A stretch of 64,000 nt of DNA from Deltaproteobacteria bacterium (GTDB taxonomy: Bacteria > Myxococcota_A > Polyangia > GCA-2747355). The notes below the pieces were generated by a model. The model was not told the DNA's origin. It saw only the letters and a program-made list of their open reading frames with translations, and did no database searches. The DNA is taken from the NCBI GenBank assembly GCA_020633415.1, contig JACKDQ010000001.1, positions 582,723-646,722 on the forward strand, read 5' to 3'. Below, piece after piece: positions 38,604-48,535 of this stretch. Both the position numbers and the translations under genes were made by a program. Position 1 is the stretch's first letter; each line of letters begins with the position of its first letter.

Positions 38604-39932
38604 CTAGGGCAGCAGCACTTTGTCGATCAGGTGGATCACGCCGTTGGTCACGTGAATGTCCGCCGGGCCGATTTTTGCGCCGTTGGTGCCTGGGCTGCTC
38701 ACTGTCGGCCCTGTCGTGTCGAAGGTGAGCTGCTTTTGCGCAAGCAGTGTATCGACAGGTGCCGCGGGCAGGTTGGAAGAGGTCACCGGAGCCGCTGCTT
38801 TGACCACATGCAGCAGTAAGACGTCGCGCAAGACCGCCGTGTCGCTCGGGGCGGAGATCGCCTCGAACGCTGCGGTCGTCGGTGCGAAGATCGTGTAGGG
38901 CTCGTCCGCTGAGAGCGCGTCTGCGATCGCCGTGCCGTTTAGATCGGCCGCCTGCGAGACGGCGTTAAGCAAGCCCGAGAGGTTTGCGATGCGGGCCATT
39001 TCGACGACGTTCGGCGGCAGTAAGACCTTGTCGATCGCGTGAACGATGCCGTTGGTACATTTGATGTCGGCGATCTTGACGTTTGCTGCGTTGACCTTTA
39101 CGCCCGCTTGGGTGTCGAACAGCAAGGACAGCGGGTTGTCCCAGCGATTGGTCAGCAAGCTGGGCGCGAGGGCCGGGATCGCCGAGGACGCGGTCGCACC
39201 GGCAACGACGTGGTAGAGCAACACGTCGCGCAGTTGCTCAGCGCTCGGCGTGGCGTTCAGCGCAGCGAACGCTTCGTTGGTCGGCGCAAAGACGGTGTAT
39301 GGTCCGGGTCCCTTCAGCGCGTCGAGCACCGGCGTTCCATCGCTGAGCTGAGCTGCAGCGGCCACCGCGCCCGACAGCCCAGTCAGGTTGCCGTAGGTCG
39401 CGCAGCCGACGATATCCGGCGGCAGTAGCACGCGATCAATGATGTGAATCACACCGTTTCGGGCTTCGATGTCGGTCGTTACCACCGCCGCACCGCCGGT
39501 CACGCCCGAGCCACCGTTGAGCGAGACACCGCTCTGCGTGCCGACAAAAAGCGTCAAGTCCGCGGCGCTGAGCACCGTCCCCGCTTGAACATCCTTGGCC
39601 ATCACCCGGGCCGGGACAACGTGGTAGAGCAGGATTTGCTTGAGCTGATCGACGCTGAAGCTGTCGAGGCTGGTGATGCCCGCTGCGGCGAACGCCTGAT
39701 TGTCGGGCGCGAACACAGTAAACGGTCCGTTACCCGCGAGGGTCTCGACCAAGCCCGCTTTGGTCAGCGCGGCGGTCAGGATCGAAAACTGCGGATCGCC
39801 GGCGGCGATTTGAGCAATGCTCTGGTCCTTGTTGGCAACCGACGCGTCGTCGGAACATCCAGTGGCGGCAAGCAAGCTGCCCATTGCGATCAGTAATTTC
39901 AATGTATGACTGGTCTTTCTCATTTGAGCCAC
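38604..39932 (-). CDS. Fasciclin (FAS1) repeat lipoprotein, four FAS1 domains
   Basis: Repeated FTVFAPDNQAF / YTVFAPTNEAF / YTIFAPTTAAF motifs, each followed by an H-box (LLYHVV). Lipobox LLAATGC. Confidence 0.85.
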   Translation of the reverse strand: MAQMRKTSHTLKLLIAMGSLLAATGCSDDASVANKDQSIAQIAAGDPQFSILTAALTKAGLVETLAGNGPFTVFAPDNQAFAAAGITSLDSFSVDQLKQILLYHVVPARVMAKDVQAGTVLSAADLTLFVGTQSGVSLNGGSGVTGGAAVVTTDIEARNGVIHIIDRVLLPPDIVGCATYGNLTGLSGAVAAAAQLSDGTPVLDALKGPGPYTVFAPTNEAFAALNATPSAEQLRDVLLYHVVAGATASSAIPALAPSLLTNRWDNPLSLLFDTQAGVKVNAANVKIADIKCTNGIVHAIDKVLLPPNVVEMARIANLSGLLNAVSQAADLNGTAIADALSADEPYTIFAPTTAAFEAISAPSDTAVLRDVLLLHVVKAAAPVTSSNLPAAPVDTLLAQKQLTFDTTGPTVSSPGTNGAKIGPADIHVTNGVIHLIDKVLLP

Positions 39933-40033
39933 TCTCCTGTGGTTGAGGGTCGATTTAGTCGTTTGTGGATACGCGAAATCGACTAAACCGTTACGCGAGC
40001 GACGGCGGAAATCATCGCTGGCGGGCGATCTTT

Positions 40034-40062
40034 TTGACCCGTGATTGAAATCCTATAATTAT
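40034..40062 (+). promoter_or_regulatory. AT-rich promoter-like region with an 8-bp palindrome (ATAATTAT) upstream of the DtxR-feo locus
   Basis: TTGACC (40034-40039), a 14-nt spacer, then TATAAT (40054-40059) overlapping the palindrome ATAATTAT (40055-40062). Sharply AT-rich in a GC-rich genome. Confidence 0.35.
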
Positions 40063-40140
40063 TGAATAGTTGCGCTGACGCGCTGCTGCATGTAGTTAAA
40101 TCGTTTGATTTATCTCTAATACAGTTGTATTGATCGCTTA

Positions 40141-40656
40141 ATGCAAGGCCAGTCCATCAGCCACGCCGTCGCCCACCATCTGCTCGCTATCGCCGAGCTT
40201 CACGATGATCTCGGCTACGCGCGGGTGAGCGATGTCGCGCGCAAGCTTTCGATTACCCGCGGTGCGGCATCGTTGACCTTGCGCAGTCTCAAGCAACGCG
40301 GTCTGGTCGAGGCCGATCACAACCGCTTCATCCGTCTGAGCGACGAGGGGCAAGCGATCGCCCGTGGTTTGCGGGCGAAGAAGGGCCTGCTGCACGCGTT
40401 CTTTGCCGGTCTGCTCGGTGTCGACGAGGCGGTTGCCGAAGAAGATGCCTGCCGGATCGAGCATCTACTGAGCGACCAAAGCGCCACACAGCTGGTCAAG
40501 CTGATGCGTTTTTTGACGGTGCAACAGAGCGAAGCGGGGGAAAAGCGGCTCTACGGTTGGCTCGCTGCGCGCGAAGGTTGCGAGGCAACGCCCGAGCGCT
40601 GCGCTGTCTGCGAGAAGGACTGTCTCTGCAAGCTCTTTGGAGAGGACCATGACTGA
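40141..40656 (+). CDS. DtxR/MntR-family metal-dependent transcriptional regulator
   Basis: N-terminal HTH (YARVSDVARKLSITRGAASLTLRSLKQRGLV) and a dimerisation region. 171 aa. Confidence 0.75.
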   Translation: MQGQSISHAVAHHLLAIAELHDDLGYARVSDVARKLSITRGAASLTLRSLKQRGLVEADHNRFIRLSDEGQAIARGLRAKKGLLHAFFAGLLGVDEAVAEEDACRIEHLLSDQSATQLVKLMRFLTVQQSEAGEKRLYGWLAAREGCEATPERCAVCEKDCLCKLFGEDHD

Positions 40657-40810
40657 CGAACTGCGCTGCTGCTGCGGAAACCTGCTTGCTCGCTGGCTGG
40701 AACGGGAACTCGAGCTGAAATGCCGACGCTGCAAACGGGTGATCCGACTGCCCTATCCGGAAAAGCAACAGCCCGAACGCGTGAACATCGAACCGACGCA
40801 AACGCGCTAA
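40649..40810 (+). CDS. Com-like zinc-ribbon small protein (53 aa)
   Basis: MTDELRCCCGNLLARW...LKCRRCKRVIRL: two Cys pairs in a phage Mu Com-like C-x2-C...C-x2-C layout. Its ATG overlaps the DtxR stop (ATGACTGA). It is not in the supplied ORF track because it is under 60 aa. Confidence 0.5.
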   Translation: MTDELRCCCGNLLARWLERELELKCRRCKRVIRLPYPEKQQPERVNIEPTQTR

Positions 40811-40893
40811 CAATTTAGACCCAGCGGCCAGCGGCCGGCACCTTCGTCAGGTGCCCAACGAGCCCAGAGTCCCATCATCTCGGAGCAACGAAG

Positions 40894-41172
40894 GTGGGAC
40901 TTCCGATCAACATCCAAAGCAAAACTGTCATTTCGCTGACCGAGCTAAAGCCCGGACAGGCGGCGCGGATCTGTCATATCCCGAGCGACACGCCCGTCGG
41001 TGTGGGGCTCTACGACCGCGGCGTTGCCGAGGGCCAGCGTGTTGTCCTCGAACGCATTGCACCCTTTGGTTCGCCGCTGTGGTTTCGCTTTGATGAGTTG
41101 CCGATGCTGCTTCGTCGCGATGAGGCGGCCGCTGTACGTGCGCACTACGACGACGAGCGGGAGGCGAAGTGA
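40894..41172 (+). CDS. feoA: FeoA family protein
   Basis: SH3-like FeoA domain (LTELKPGQAARICHI...GLYDRGVAEGQRVVLERIAPFGSPLWFRFD). The stop overlaps the feoB start. Confidence 0.8.
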   Translation: MGLPINIQSKTVISLTELKPGQAARICHIPSDTPVGVGLYDRGVAEGQRVVLERIAPFGSPLWFRFDELPMLLRRDEAAAVRAHYDDEREAK

Positions 41173-43010
41173 TGAGCAGCGCAGTCCTTCGTATTGCCCT
41201 ATTCGGCAATCCCAATTGCGGCAAGACTTCGCTGTTCAATGCGCTCACCGGCCACCGCCAGCGCGTTGGCAACTACGCAGGGGTCACCGTCGAGCGCCGC
41301 AGCGGAACCGTGCGACTCGGTCAACGCACCGTCGAGGTGATCGACCTTCCCGGCAGCTACGGACTGACCAATCAAAGTCCCGAGGCACTGATCGCCCAGC
41401 GCGAATTGCGGGAGGGCGAGATCGATGCGCTGGTCTTCGTCGTCGACGCAACGCTGCTTCGCCAAAGCCTGGTGCACTTTTCGGCGATGGCTGACTTGGC
41501 GTTGCCGATGGTGCTCTGTCTCAATATGGCTGATCAAGCGCAGGCCAGCGGTCAAGAGCTCGACCTTGGCCAACTTGAACGTGAGCTTGGCGTTCCGGTG
41601 ATCGAGACTGTCGGACACCGCCGACTCGGTGTTGAGCAGCTCAAGAATGCGTTGCTGCGCGCGACGGCACCACGTTCCGTTGGACAGGATATCGCGGCAA
41701 TACTTGCGCGAGCGCTTCGCACGCCGGCGCAGCGCAGCGTCTTCGCCGCATCGCAGAGGATCGATCGCATCGTTGCGCACCGGATCTATGGCTGGCCGAT
41801 CTTTCTGCTGCTGATGTACGGCATCTTCTGGCTGGCCTTTGCCGTCGGCGAGATTCCGATGGGCTGGATCGAAGCGGGCATTGCCAGGCTCTCGGCAACC
41901 ATTGCTGCGCACTGGTCGGTGGCAACGCTTCCACAGCTGCGCTCGCTGATCCTCGATGGCGTGATCGCCGGCGTCGGTGGGGTGTTGGTCTTCGTCCCCA
42001 ACATCGTGCTGCTCTTTCTCGCGCTGGCCCTGCTTGAGGACAGCGGCTACTTGGCGCGCGCCAGCTATTTGCTCGATGCCGTGATGCAGCGCTTTGGCCT
42101 GCCTGGCAAGGGATTCATTCCGCTGGTCACCGGCTTCGGCTGCAGCGTGCCCGGGATCATGGCCACCCGCCTGCTTGAGGACGAGCGCGACCGCAAGCTG
42201 ACGATGTTTGTTCTGCCCTTGATGTCCTGCGGCGCGCGGCTACCGATCTGGATGCTGCTCGTTCCGGCGTTCTTTCCGCGGCAGTGGCAAGCCACCGCGC
42301 TGTTTGGCATATACAGCTTGGGCATTGCACTTGCGCTGCTCTTACCGCGGTTGTTACGGCGCACGCTGCTCAAGGGTCCGCCGAGTGAGCTACTGATGGT
42401 GCTGCCGCCCTATCGACGGCCCACGCTGCGCCAGTTAAGCCACAAGGTTAGTGAAAGGGCTTGGCTCTACCTCAAGAAGGCCGGAACGGTGATCTTAGCG
42501 ATCTCGATCGTGATGTGGTTTATCTCGTCGTTTCCGGCCCAGCTGCCCCAGCGCCCAGCGCAAGAGAGCTCGATCGCGCAAAGTGGTCGCCAGCATCAGC
42601 TGGCGCGCGATCGACTGGCGAACTCCTTTGCCGGTAAGCTGGGTCGTAGCATCGAGCCGCTGTTTGCTCCCGCCGGGTACGACTGGCGGATCGTTACGGC
42701 GCTGATCGGTGCCTTCGCCGCCAAAGAAGTCTTCGTTTCTCAGATGAGCATCGTCTACGCCATCGACGGTGCGGACGAGGACAATCGGCCGCTGCGCGAG
42801 AAATTGCGCGCGCGCTACGGGTTGCCAACCGCTTTGTCGCTGATCGTCTTTTTGCTGATCGCAACACCCTGCATGGCAACGCTAGCGATGACCCGGCGCG
42901 AAGCGGGCAGTTGGCGCTGGGCGCTGTTTCAGTTCTTTGGCCTGACCGCGTTGGGCTACGTGTTGGCCGTGCTGACTTTTCAACTAAGTCGCATCGTTCT
43001 CGGAGGATAG
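41169..43010 (+). CDS. feoB: Ferrous iron transporter FeoB
   Basis: N-terminal G-domain (IALFGNPNCGKTSLFNALTG, DLPGSYG), a gate/membrane domain and 613 aa. Confidence 0.92.
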   Translation: MMSSAVLRIALFGNPNCGKTSLFNALTGHRQRVGNYAGVTVERRSGTVRLGQRTVEVIDLPGSYGLTNQSPEALIAQRELREGEIDALVFVVDATLLRQSLVHFSAMADLALPMVLCLNMADQAQASGQELDLGQLERELGVPVIETVGHRRLGVEQLKNALLRATAPRSVGQDIAAILARALRTPAQRSVFAASQRIDRIVAHRIYGWPIFLLLMYGIFWLAFAVGEIPMGWIEAGIARLSATIAAHWSVATLPQLRSLILDGVIAGVGGVLVFVPNIVLLFLALALLEDSGYLARASYLLDAVMQRFGLPGKGFIPLVTGFGCSVPGIMATRLLEDERDRKLTMFVLPLMSCGARLPIWMLLVPAFFPRQWQATALFGIYSLGIALALLLPRLLRRTLLKGPPSELLMVLPPYRRPTLRQLSHKVSERAWLYLKKAGTVILAISIVMWFISSFPAQLPQRPAQESSIAQSGRQHQLARDRLANSFAGKLGRSIEPLFAPAGYDWRIVTALIGAFAAKEVFVSQMSIVYAIDGADEDNRPLREKLRARYGLPTALSLIVFLLIATPCMATLAMTRREAGSWRWALFQFFGLTALGYVLAVLTFQLSRIVLGG

Positions 43011-43014
43011 CAAC

Positions 43015-43908
43015 GTGGACACGCTGATCGTTTCTGTTATTGCTGCTATCGCTTTGCTGCTGCTGGTCCGGGCGCGTCTTTATCGCAATCGTCGCCGGCC
43101 CAAACGTCCTGCCGGCGGCTGCGGTAGTAGTTGTCCTGGCTGCTGCCTGCTCGAAAAGAAGGACCTCTCGAGCAGCTCTTTGTTGGTCGTGGGGATGTCC
43201 ATGCTGTTGATCGCCTCGACGGCTCGCGCAGCGGATACCACCGACGTCTGGGCGCAAGGTCAATTCGATATCGATCTCTACATGGGCGTGAGCGGACTCG
43301 GCCAAGCTGCCCAGGCGCGAACGGTCAACGGCGAGCTGATGCTCGGCTACGGCATTCACCATCGGCTGTCGAGCTATCTCCGCGTTGGTCTGGAGGGCAG
43401 TGATTCGCTCTCCGTTGGCACGGCGAGCATCGGCTTCGGCTTGATGGTCGCTGCGTATGCGAGCGAGCACTTCGATATCGATCTGTTTTTTGAAATCTGC
43501 GCCGAAGAACACCTGCGCATCCAGCCGAGCCTCGAGATCAACGTCGATAGCGATGACGATCTCTCGGGCTACGGCAGCTACCTTCGCACCGGCGTTGCCA
43601 TCAACGGCCACCGTCGCAGCGAGGCACTGGGCCAGGCGCGCAGCGATGTCGACTATCACATCAACAGCGAAGTCGGCGTCTACTATACGCTCGCGCGTCG
43701 GCATCAGCTGCTCGTTGAGTTTTCATGGGACGTGCACCCGCAAGCACAAGCTCAGAAAGGGGAGATCGGTGGCGTCTCATTAGGCTACAACGTCGCGCTT
43801 GGCCGGGCCATCGAGCTGATCAGCGAAATCGCCATCGATATTCCCGGCAAAAATGAGCAGACCGCTGCGAGTCTGATGCTGGGTCTGATCAGCACGTTTG
43901 GCCCCTAG
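43015..43908 (+). CDS. FeoB-associated Cys-rich membrane peptide fused in-frame to a signal-peptide-bearing beta-rich domain
   Basis: The N-terminal 45 aa (MDTLIVSVIAAIALLLLVRARLYRNRRRPKRPAGGCGSSCPGCC) match the FeoB-associated Cys-rich membrane protein family. With no intervening stop they continue into MSMLLIASTARA plus a ~230-aa beta-strand-rich domain. An internal ATG lies at about 43195. Confidence 0.5.
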   Translation: MDTLIVSVIAAIALLLLVRARLYRNRRRPKRPAGGCGSSCPGCCLLEKKDLSSSSLLVVGMSMLLIASTARAADTTDVWAQGQFDIDLYMGVSGLGQAAQARTVNGELMLGYGIHHRLSSYLRVGLEGSDSLSVGTASIGFGLMVAAYASEHFDIDLFFEICAEEHLRIQPSLEINVDSDDDLSGYGSYLRTGVAINGHRRSEALGQARSDVDYHINSEVGVYYTLARRHQLLVEFSWDVHPQAQAQKGEIGGVSLGYNVALGRAIELISEIAIDIPGKNEQTAASLMLGLISTFGP

Positions 43909-44147
43909 GCCCCGCGCGCAACCCTTCAATGTCAGCGCGAGCGCTCGGCCCAGGGCAGCGAGCGGGGCGTCGGCTGGACCAAGAGCTCAGAGCGAAGCGG
44001 GCTCTTCGCATCGCGGTCGACGCTCTGTGCGATGGCGCGCTTTTGCACACGGATGTCGGTAGCAGCCACCGGGCCGGAGAGAACGCGCATCACGCGGATT
44101 TTGAAACGGCCGCAGATCAGACGTTTTGGCCGAAACCAACGCCGGCG

Positions 44148-45323
44148 CTAATCGACGGCGATCGCCTGGCCCAGGGCAGAGATGATCCGGCGCTGGGTCT
44201 GGTATTGATCGGTTCGATCGTCGATGTTGGCGAGAACGACGATCGTCAGGTCGTTGGCGAAGCGATGTGCGATCGCGCTGGAATGACCGTGGATGCCCGA
44301 CCCGAGATGACCCCAAAAATCCCCCCAGTCAGCGAAACGAAAGACACCTAGCCCAACCTCGCCGATCGCACTCGTTGTTGGTGATGCGACCATCGCTTGG
44401 CGACTTGCCTCAGAGAAGAAAGACTCGTCGGTGAACACGCGTTGGCCGAAGTTGAGCAGATCGCAGACGCCCGAATAGTGAATGCCGCCGAAGCCGCTGG
44501 AAAAGGCCATCGTGTTCGCATCGTCATCGGTGGCATCGAAGCGCGTCTTCTTGTCGACATAACCCGCGGAAAGATCTTGCGGCCGCGGCTCGAACCCTAC
44601 GTACGTTGTGTGCTGCATGCCGATCGGCTCGAAAACACGTTGCCGCAAGAGGGTGCGGATGTTGATACCAGTGAGCTCCTGGGCGACGCGTCCCAAGATC
44701 AGCGGACCGTGACTGGAATAGCGAAAGCCCGTACCGAGCGTGAAGTTGGTCTGCAATCCGTTGGCAAAGGCTCCGCCGTTGGGCCCTGCCGGTCCGCTGG
44801 ACTTGAGCAGAAAGGTGATCACCTCATCGTAGCTATATTCCTTCTTGAGGTTCTTTTGTGCGTCCGCAAAAAACTGCGAGTCAGGGATATCGATCATTCC
44901 CGAGCTGTGTTGAAGCAAATGGGTCAAGGTGCGCTGATCGAGCTTTGGAAGATCGATGTGCTTATTGAGCAGGTCGTCGACCGACAGCTCTTTCGCTTGC
45001 TGTAGCTTGAAGACCAGCACGGCGCGAAAGAGCTTCATGACGCTGCCGATGTCGAAAAGATGATCGGTGCGCATCGGTGTTGCCGGATCCAGGCGCGCAT
45101 CACCTGCCGCGTAGACGCTGAAGCCATGGACTGGCGACGCGACGCCGACGACGATCCCCGGTGCATTGCCGACCGACATCCATTGCTGATCGATCACAGC
45201 TCGCCACTCGGCCGGCATCGCCTGCTCGCAACGCTGATAGGAAGCCCCCGCTGCTGAGCTATCGCCACAGCCGCTCAAGACGAATCCCAAGCAAACCAAG
45301 ACCGCAAAAGAAATGGCACGCAT
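44148..45323 (-). CDS. Serine hydrolase (class C beta-lactamase / esterase family) lipoprotein
   Basis: SxxK motif FDIGSVMKLF, lipobox VLSGC. 391 aa. Confidence 0.75.
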   Translation of the reverse strand: MRAISFAVLVCLGFVLSGCGDSSAAGASYQRCEQAMPAEWRAVIDQQWMSVGNAPGIVVGVASPVHGFSVYAAGDARLDPATPMRTDHLFDIGSVMKLFRAVLVFKLQQAKELSVDDLLNKHIDLPKLDQRTLTHLLQHSSGMIDIPDSQFFADAQKNLKKEYSYDEVITFLLKSSGPAGPNGGAFANGLQTNFTLGTGFRYSSHGPLILGRVAQELTGINIRTLLRQRVFEPIGMQHTTYVGFEPRPQDLSAGYVDKKTRFDATDDDANTMAFSSGFGGIHYSGVCDLLNFGQRVFTDESFFSEASRQAMVASPTTSAIGEVGLGVFRFADWGDFWGHLGSGIHGHSSAIAHRFANDLTIVVLANIDDRTDQYQTQRRIISALGQAIAVD

Positions 45324-45517
45324 TACCTACCCTCCCACCTTTGGGTGACGTTGCCTACCCCCGAGCTTTCGCCACTTGGGCCGAGTTGGTTATCGCCTGG
45401 CAATCCATTGCAGGCCCGCCGAAGGCCCCGCTGCGCCAAGCTAACCCGACAATACCGGCTCACACGCTGTTCGATATTACGTGGCATGTATACCGAGGGA
45501 TGTGATATGTAAGGTAT

Positions 45518-46354
45518 GTGTCAGCCTCAGCCACGCAGATCGTTCTCGACCTGATGTCCGCTGCTCACCCGCAAGCGGCGGATGCGGACAGCCTGGTTCG
45601 GGCTGCGGCGCTACTGGGTTGCAGTGAGACGGCGACGCGTGCGGCGCTCTCGCGGCTCAAGACGTCGGGGCATCTGGCCCATCACGCGCGTGGTGTCTAT
45701 CGGCTTGGTCAGCGCGCGCAGCCGCAGCGTGCACAGCTCGAGTTGTTTCAACCCGGTGGCGATCAGCTGCTCAGTTGCTGGTCAGGGGCATGGATCGCCG
45801 TGCACACCAGCCCACTTTCCGCGGCGCCGCGTCAGCTGCAACGCCAAAGCGTGCGTGCGCTTTACTGGCTAGGCTTTCGCGCCTTCGCTCAGCAGATGCA
45901 TCTGCGACCGGACAACCTCAAAGGTGGCGTCGAGGGACTGCGTGCGTTGCTGATCGCTCGCGGTGCCGACGAACGGCTGTTTTTGGGTCGACTGAGTGAT
46001 CTCGGCGTGGCCGAATCGGCGCAGCTGGTCGCGCTATGGGACACGCAGGCCTTGCAGCGCGCCTATCGCAAGCGAATCGCCGAACTACAAGCCGCTCGTC
46101 GACAGTTGGCGAAGCGCTCAGCAGAGGCTGCGGCATCAGCAGCATTTCCGCTCGGGCGGGCGGCGATCCGCGATGTTGTGCTCGATCCGCTGCTGCCCGA
46201 TCCGTTGGTCGATGCCGCTCTGCGCCAGGCGTTCTTCGATGAGGCGCGCCGTTTCGTGCGCTTTGGCCGCTCAGTTTGGCGCCAGGTACTCTCCGATCGC
46301 GCCGTGACGCTGCTGTCCGAGGACGAAGATGACACGTTGGACGCGCGCGTCTGA
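45518..46354 (+). CDS. PaaX-like transcriptional regulator
   Basis: GTG start. N-terminal winged helix (LVRAAALLGCSETATRAALSRLKTSGHL) and a PaaX-type C-terminal domain. Confidence 0.55.
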   Translation: MSASATQIVLDLMSAAHPQAADADSLVRAAALLGCSETATRAALSRLKTSGHLAHHARGVYRLGQRAQPQRAQLELFQPGGDQLLSCWSGAWIAVHTSPLSAAPRQLQRQSVRALYWLGFRAFAQQMHLRPDNLKGGVEGLRALLIARGADERLFLGRLSDLGVAESAQLVALWDTQALQRAYRKRIAELQAARRQLAKRSAEAAASAAFPLGRAAIRDVVLDPLLPDPLVDAALRQAFFDEARRFVRFGRSVWRQVLSDRAVTLLSEDEDDTLDARV

Positions 46355-47288
46355 TCTGTTGACGCGTGAGCAGATCAAAGCGCTGGTGCGCCCCTCGAAT
46401 TTGCGCGGCGTTTGGGCGGTGCTGTTCGATTGGCTGGTGATCGTCGGATCGATCGCGCTTGTCGCTTGGCGACCGGCGATCTGGTCGGTGGCCATCGCCC
46501 TGATCCTGATCGGCGGTCGGCAACTCGGCCTAGCGATCCTGATGCACGAGTGTTCCCACTATTCGCTATTTCGGGGGCGTCGCCTCAACGACGTTGTTGG
46601 CCAATGGCTCTGCGCTGCACCGATTTGGCAAAACCTGCCCAAGTATCGCGTGCACCACCTGGCGCACCACAATTACGTCGGTAGCGATCGTGACACCGAC
46701 CTGGGGCTGGTTGCGCCGTTTCCCGTGAGTGGTCGCTCGTTGGTGCGCAAGCTGCTCCGCGACATCAGCGGTTTGTCCGCGCTTCGTCGCGTTGCCGCGC
46801 TGCTGTTGATGGATCTGGGGTATCTGAGCTACAGCGCCTCGGTGGGCACGGCGCGCATCCGCGACGGTCGGTCGGTCGCGGCGCATCTCGCTCAGGGCTT
46901 GGGCAATTTCGCCCCGACACTGCTCACCAATGCAGCGCTGTTTCTTCCGCTGTGGTTGATCGGACGACCGATGCTCTACTTGCTCTGGTTGGGCGCCTAC
47001 GCCACGACGTTTAGTCTGTTCGTGCGCGTGCGCTCGATCGCCGAGCACGCCTGCACCGAGATGACGCGCGATCCACTGCGCAATACGCGGACGACCTTGG
47101 CCAACCCGCTTGCACGGGCAACGGTCGCGCCACACCGGGTCAACTTCCATCTGGAGCACCATCTGTTGATGACCGTGCCGTATTTCCGCTTGCCCGTGCT
47201 GCATCGCGCGCTCAGAGCGCGAGGGACGTTCAACACCGCGCCGTTCGCCCGTGGATACGTGGACGTTGTGCGAAGCGCGGTGCGCTAG
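46329..47288 (+). CDS. Membrane fatty-acid desaturase family protein
   Basis: Three His boxes (HECSH, HHLAHH, HLEHH) with transmembrane segments. Overlaps the PaaX-like gene by 26 bp. Confidence 0.8.
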   Translation: MTRWTRASDLLTREQIKALVRPSNLRGVWAVLFDWLVIVGSIALVAWRPAIWSVAIALILIGGRQLGLAILMHECSHYSLFRGRRLNDVVGQWLCAAPIWQNLPKYRVHHLAHHNYVGSDRDTDLGLVAPFPVSGRSLVRKLLRDISGLSALRRVAALLLMDLGYLSYSASVGTARIRDGRSVAAHLAQGLGNFAPTLLTNAALFLPLWLIGRPMLYLLWLGAYATTFSLFVRVRSIAEHACTEMTRDPLRNTRTTLANPLARATVAPHRVNFHLEHHLLMTVPYFRLPVLHRALRARGTFNTAPFARGYVDVVRSAVR

Positions 47289-48001
47289 CCTGCCGGTCGC
47301 TCGAATTCGAGCATGTTGAGAAAGCAGATGTCGGGCAGAGCGAACAAGCGATTGACGAGCTTGTGTAGCGGCAAGGCGTGGCGCGGAGAGAGCGCAGTGA
47401 CGGCAGATGTCACGGGCAGCGTCGGAAAGATCCCTTTGCGCGAGACCAGGCGCAGGCCGGCGGCCCGCGTTAGCTTGAGGTACTCCGCGATCGGCCGATC
47501 GCCCGGATGACGGTTGGCCTCCGACGTACGGATTAGCCGTCCCAAGGCGAAGAAGGCGACGCGTGAGGCGAGGTGCGCCAAGTTGGGAACGGAGATCAGC
47601 GCTCGCCCACCTGGCCGTAGGATGCGATAAATCTCGCCGATCGCCGCCTCTTGCTGCTCGAACTGCAGGTGCTCGATCACGTCGAGCGCCATGACGCAGT
47701 CGTAGCTCCGATCGGCGTGGCTGAGCTTGGTAATGCTACCGCGCTCAACACAGTCCGAGCTGTAGTGGGCGTCGACGCCGCGAATGTCGAAACCCTTGGC
47801 GCGGTACTCCTCGACCAGTAGGCCCTCTCCGCAGCCAAGGTCGATGATGCGCGCGCTGGTCCCGACGCGATCAAGATAGCGACGGACGAAGGCCATCTTC
47901 TCGACGTAGACGGGATAGTAGTGCCAGTTGCGATCGATCTTGCGGTGATAATCGCCGCGCGCCTCGTACTCGCCGAACCTTGCTTTGTCGTCGTGATTCA
48001 T
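47285..48001 (-). CDS. Class I SAM-dependent methyltransferase
   Basis: Motif I IIDLGCGEGLL. Start at MNHDD (cat at 47999-48001) with a GGAGAG RBS. The longer listed ORF is an upstream extension. Confidence 0.7.
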   Translation of the reverse strand: MNHDDKARFGEYEARGDYHRKIDRNWHYYPVYVEKMAFVRRYLDRVGTSARIIDLGCGEGLLVEEYRAKGFDIRGVDAHYSSDCVERGSITKLSHADRSYDCVMALDVIEHLQFEQQEAAIGEIYRILRPGGRALISVPNLAHLASRVAFFALGRLIRTSEANRHPGDRPIAEYLKLTRAAGLRLVSRKGIFPTLPVTSAVTALSPRHALPLHKLVNRLFALPDICFLNMLEFERPAG

Positions 48002-48535
48002 TGATCTCTCCGCGGGCCGATCGCAGGCGACCGCCCGATCCGAGGAAAGGCTCGCAAGGGCACCGATAGCGTTGCCGGATCGATCGCTGGCAGCGCCTGC
48101 CGTTTGGGCTGGTCTCTGCGCTTTGGGTTTGCCTTGCGCCGATAGCGCATAAAGCGATCGGCGTACGCCTGTGGTGTGCTGGGCGCGAGGCTGTCGACGC
48201 ACGGCGCCTTGCCGCGCAGCGACGGTGGCGATGAATCACCGAATCGGTCAGGTGCGGGAGATGCTAGGTGGTTTGGCGCTGTCATCGTCTCGCTGCGGTC
48301 GCGCGCAAACATCGGGCATTCTCGTCGCGTTGTCAACCGATGCACCGACCGCGATTCGTGGACGTCTGCCGCTGAAACATTAAAGACTAGGTGGCAATTT
48401 CAAGCAGCGCGATCGACCAGCTGTGGCCGCGATGTACGAGGACCGATCGACGTTGTCATGCGCCAGGAGCTGCGCAATTCGCGCAGCGTAGGCCGAGCCG
48501 GCGACGGTCGGTAGCTGCCGCTCTATCACCGAACG

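Noticed and set aside
43929-44351. 140-aa plus-strand ORF
   Set aside because: It overlaps the 3' part of the well-supported serine hydrolase gene on the opposite strand. No start signals or motifs.
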